Under the pieces are notes generated by a model that was not told the origin of the DNA, did not search any database, and saw only the letters and a program-made list of their open reading frames with translations. The translations under genes and the position numbers were made by a program. DNA of 64,000 bases from Thalia democratica (Eukaryota): the NCBI GenBank assembly GCA_965202585.1, contig OZ241834.1:37262001-37326000 (forward strand). Direction: 5' to 3'. Positions 61,619 through 64,000 of this stretch are shown here, piece by piece (the first letter of the stretch is position 1; each line of letters begins with the position of its first letter).

Positions 61619-64000
61619 CAATTTTAAGACAAACAATTATATATATATTATTTATTACCAATTAATGCATAGTAATATTATAAAGATGAATTTTTAGAAG
61701 TAACGAACTTTTATTCAGCTTGCAACAAATCTTGTATTATGTGCTAAAAAAAAAAAACTAACTTTGGACTCAATCTTGCTACCTTTGGATTAGATAATTG
61801 GGTGTTTTGCCATTGAGCTATTATGTTGTATGGATGTTAAGTTTAAAAAGTTTATATATATTTTTAGATAAGGTTAACATCATTGTTATTGTCGAGCTAT
61901 GCGTATTATGTAATTTAGTAGTAATAAAATGTATATAAATTACTTTGTAAATACAACTTGCGAAACTTTTTACCAAAGTATCTTTCAAAAGACTAACTTA
62001 ATATAAAAAACTTTGGTCAGAAAATTCGTAGGACTTGTGTAAATTAAACTTGGATAAAACTTGCAATGGGAGTTTTTATTAAGATTTTGAATATATGATG
62101 TAACTTAGCTTGTAATTGTGAATTAAAAACTTGTTAAGTAATACTTTATGCTTAAAATACATATTACTATACTTAACTTCGGATGTTAAACTCAAGACAT
62201 AATTATTTTGTATAAATAAATAGTTAGTCTTTAGAAGTATTGTTTGCTCCGAAAGTTTAATTAACAATTCTACATAATTTTAAACCTTAAAGATACTTTA
62301 TATCTAAAGTTTAAATATTTTTTTAATTGAAGTCGTTCTTTTACAAACTCAGTTTAGTTGTCTGTAAACAAAATTTCAGCAGTTTGAATTATTTAAAATA
62401 ATATTACTTTTTTAGATATTTGATAAATAAGTAGCTCTAGCTAAAAGGTTATTAATATCTTTTTTTTTCTAAGTAACTTCATAGTCAAGTACTTATCGGT
62501 TTTATATTCTTGAACAACCTAATGTTAGAAACATTATTATTTATTTTAAATTGAAATTAAATACAGCTTTTTGTAGCTTGTAATAGTGTTATAAAATAAA
62601 TTTACATTAATATCTTTATTATTGGCAATTTACTTAACAAGTTGAGCTCAATGTTATATGAAAAAAAACTTTTATAGCTCTTAGTGGAGCTCTAAGGTAG
62701 ATTTACTTTTAAGAAATGAACAGATGAAATAAGGAACTCCATTATTACCAATGCTTACACATACAAAAGTCTTTGTTAAGCAAATTTTATAATTGAATTT
62801 ATTAGTTTTATGAAAAATTAAAAGTGATAGAGCTTGCAACTTATTACTGTACTGAATATTAGAACTTGGTTATTTTTAATGCTTAGTTGGAAATACATGT
62901 TTTGAATTTCTATTAATCCTGGTGACTTGGGTAAAAATATACAAAACTGTTTTTCGGCGTTTCAGTCAACAAGCATCTATATTCTTTATGCTCTATGTAT
63001 AAAACTTGTCATAACTAATTTTGTTACCAATTTTTAACTTCATCAATATAAAGAATACATTAAATACTGAACTTTTAATATGGCACTGATTAGAAAAGTT
63101 GAAAAAAAGGTTTATGAGTTTGATTTAATTAATTTTATTGGTGCAAACTTACAGCAATTATTTGAATGTAAATTTTAAACACTATCTTACTCTTGGTTGC
63201 AATTTTCAACTATTGTGTATGTAAACTTATGTAAAAACATTAACAGGTAATGTCGTGTACAAATAAGTATCTGCTTTCAATGAATTTACTATTAAATATG
63301 TTTAAACTTTTCGAAGGAAAATAAGAAAACCATTCTTGTGAAAAATTACTTAAGTTAAGACAAGAAATACTTCTGTTTTAGTAAATAAGATACACACTTA
63401 AATATATTATTAAAAATTAAAAGAAAAGTTTAAGCAGTTGCATTCTAAAAATTTGTTAAATGACTTCATAATTTTCAATATAAGCATAAAATTACCTCAA
63501 AATTTGTTGCTTATACTTTCAATGCATTTACTTAAGATTGAATAATTTTGTTTGAATTAAAATTTTTTTTTCTTTTTGCTTACTAATAAAAAAAAATCTT
63601 TAAAGATCAGTTAAGTGTCTAGCTTTTATTATGTAAATAAATTTGTAGAGTCTAAGATACAATTCAAAAAAAACATTTTCATAATGTTATAAATTTTTGA
63701 CAATATAAAACTTTTTAAATACTAAGTTTAAATTTTTTTAACCAATAAAACAGAACATATTCTAAATAAATAACTAATATTTTAAAAAATAAGTCTTTTC
63801 GTTCAGACGTATCACACATAAAGGTTGACTTTAAAACATTTTTTTATTGTATTATTGTAACAACTTATGATTTTTTGCTTATTGACTCCAGGGTGAACTT
63901 CGTTATACAGATTACTTAGAAAAAAACTTTAGTTATAGTTTTAATACAGGAGTTTAAAAATTTACAAAAAATAATTATTTTTAAGCTACGCTAACTAGAT

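Noticed and set aside
48103-62267. Short AT-rich ORFs (48103, 56980, 57222, 58323, 62079; also 134, 3213, 32236, 34445, 35279)
   Set aside because: Background composition, K/I/L/F/N-rich, no coding signal; expected by chance

Overview
Very AT-rich eukaryotic (invertebrate) genomic DNA; a decayed 18S fragment looks tunicate-like (tentative, from memory). The main gene is a 16-exon TTC39A/B-family TPR gene on the + strand (34939-57976, 583 aa), reconstructed by hand; all intron phases match. The most striking feature is that at least 11 of its 16 exons are flanked by intronic tandem 'echo' copies of the exon edge, usually including the splice site. Numbers range from single copies to arrays of 9 and ~20. 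The echoes differ from the real exon mostly at synonymous positions, which neutral intronic copies should not do. The first 10 kb holds a tandem cluster of four intronless small hydrophobic ORFs, each with a splice acceptor 20-22 nt before the ATG, and a basic orphan ORF. Also present: an 18S rDNA pseudogene with 5' ETS, a 5'-truncated Penelope-like element with an inverted terminal repeat, a tRNA-Cys gene, a tRNA-like relic, several MITEs and a dispersed ~120-bp repeat family.
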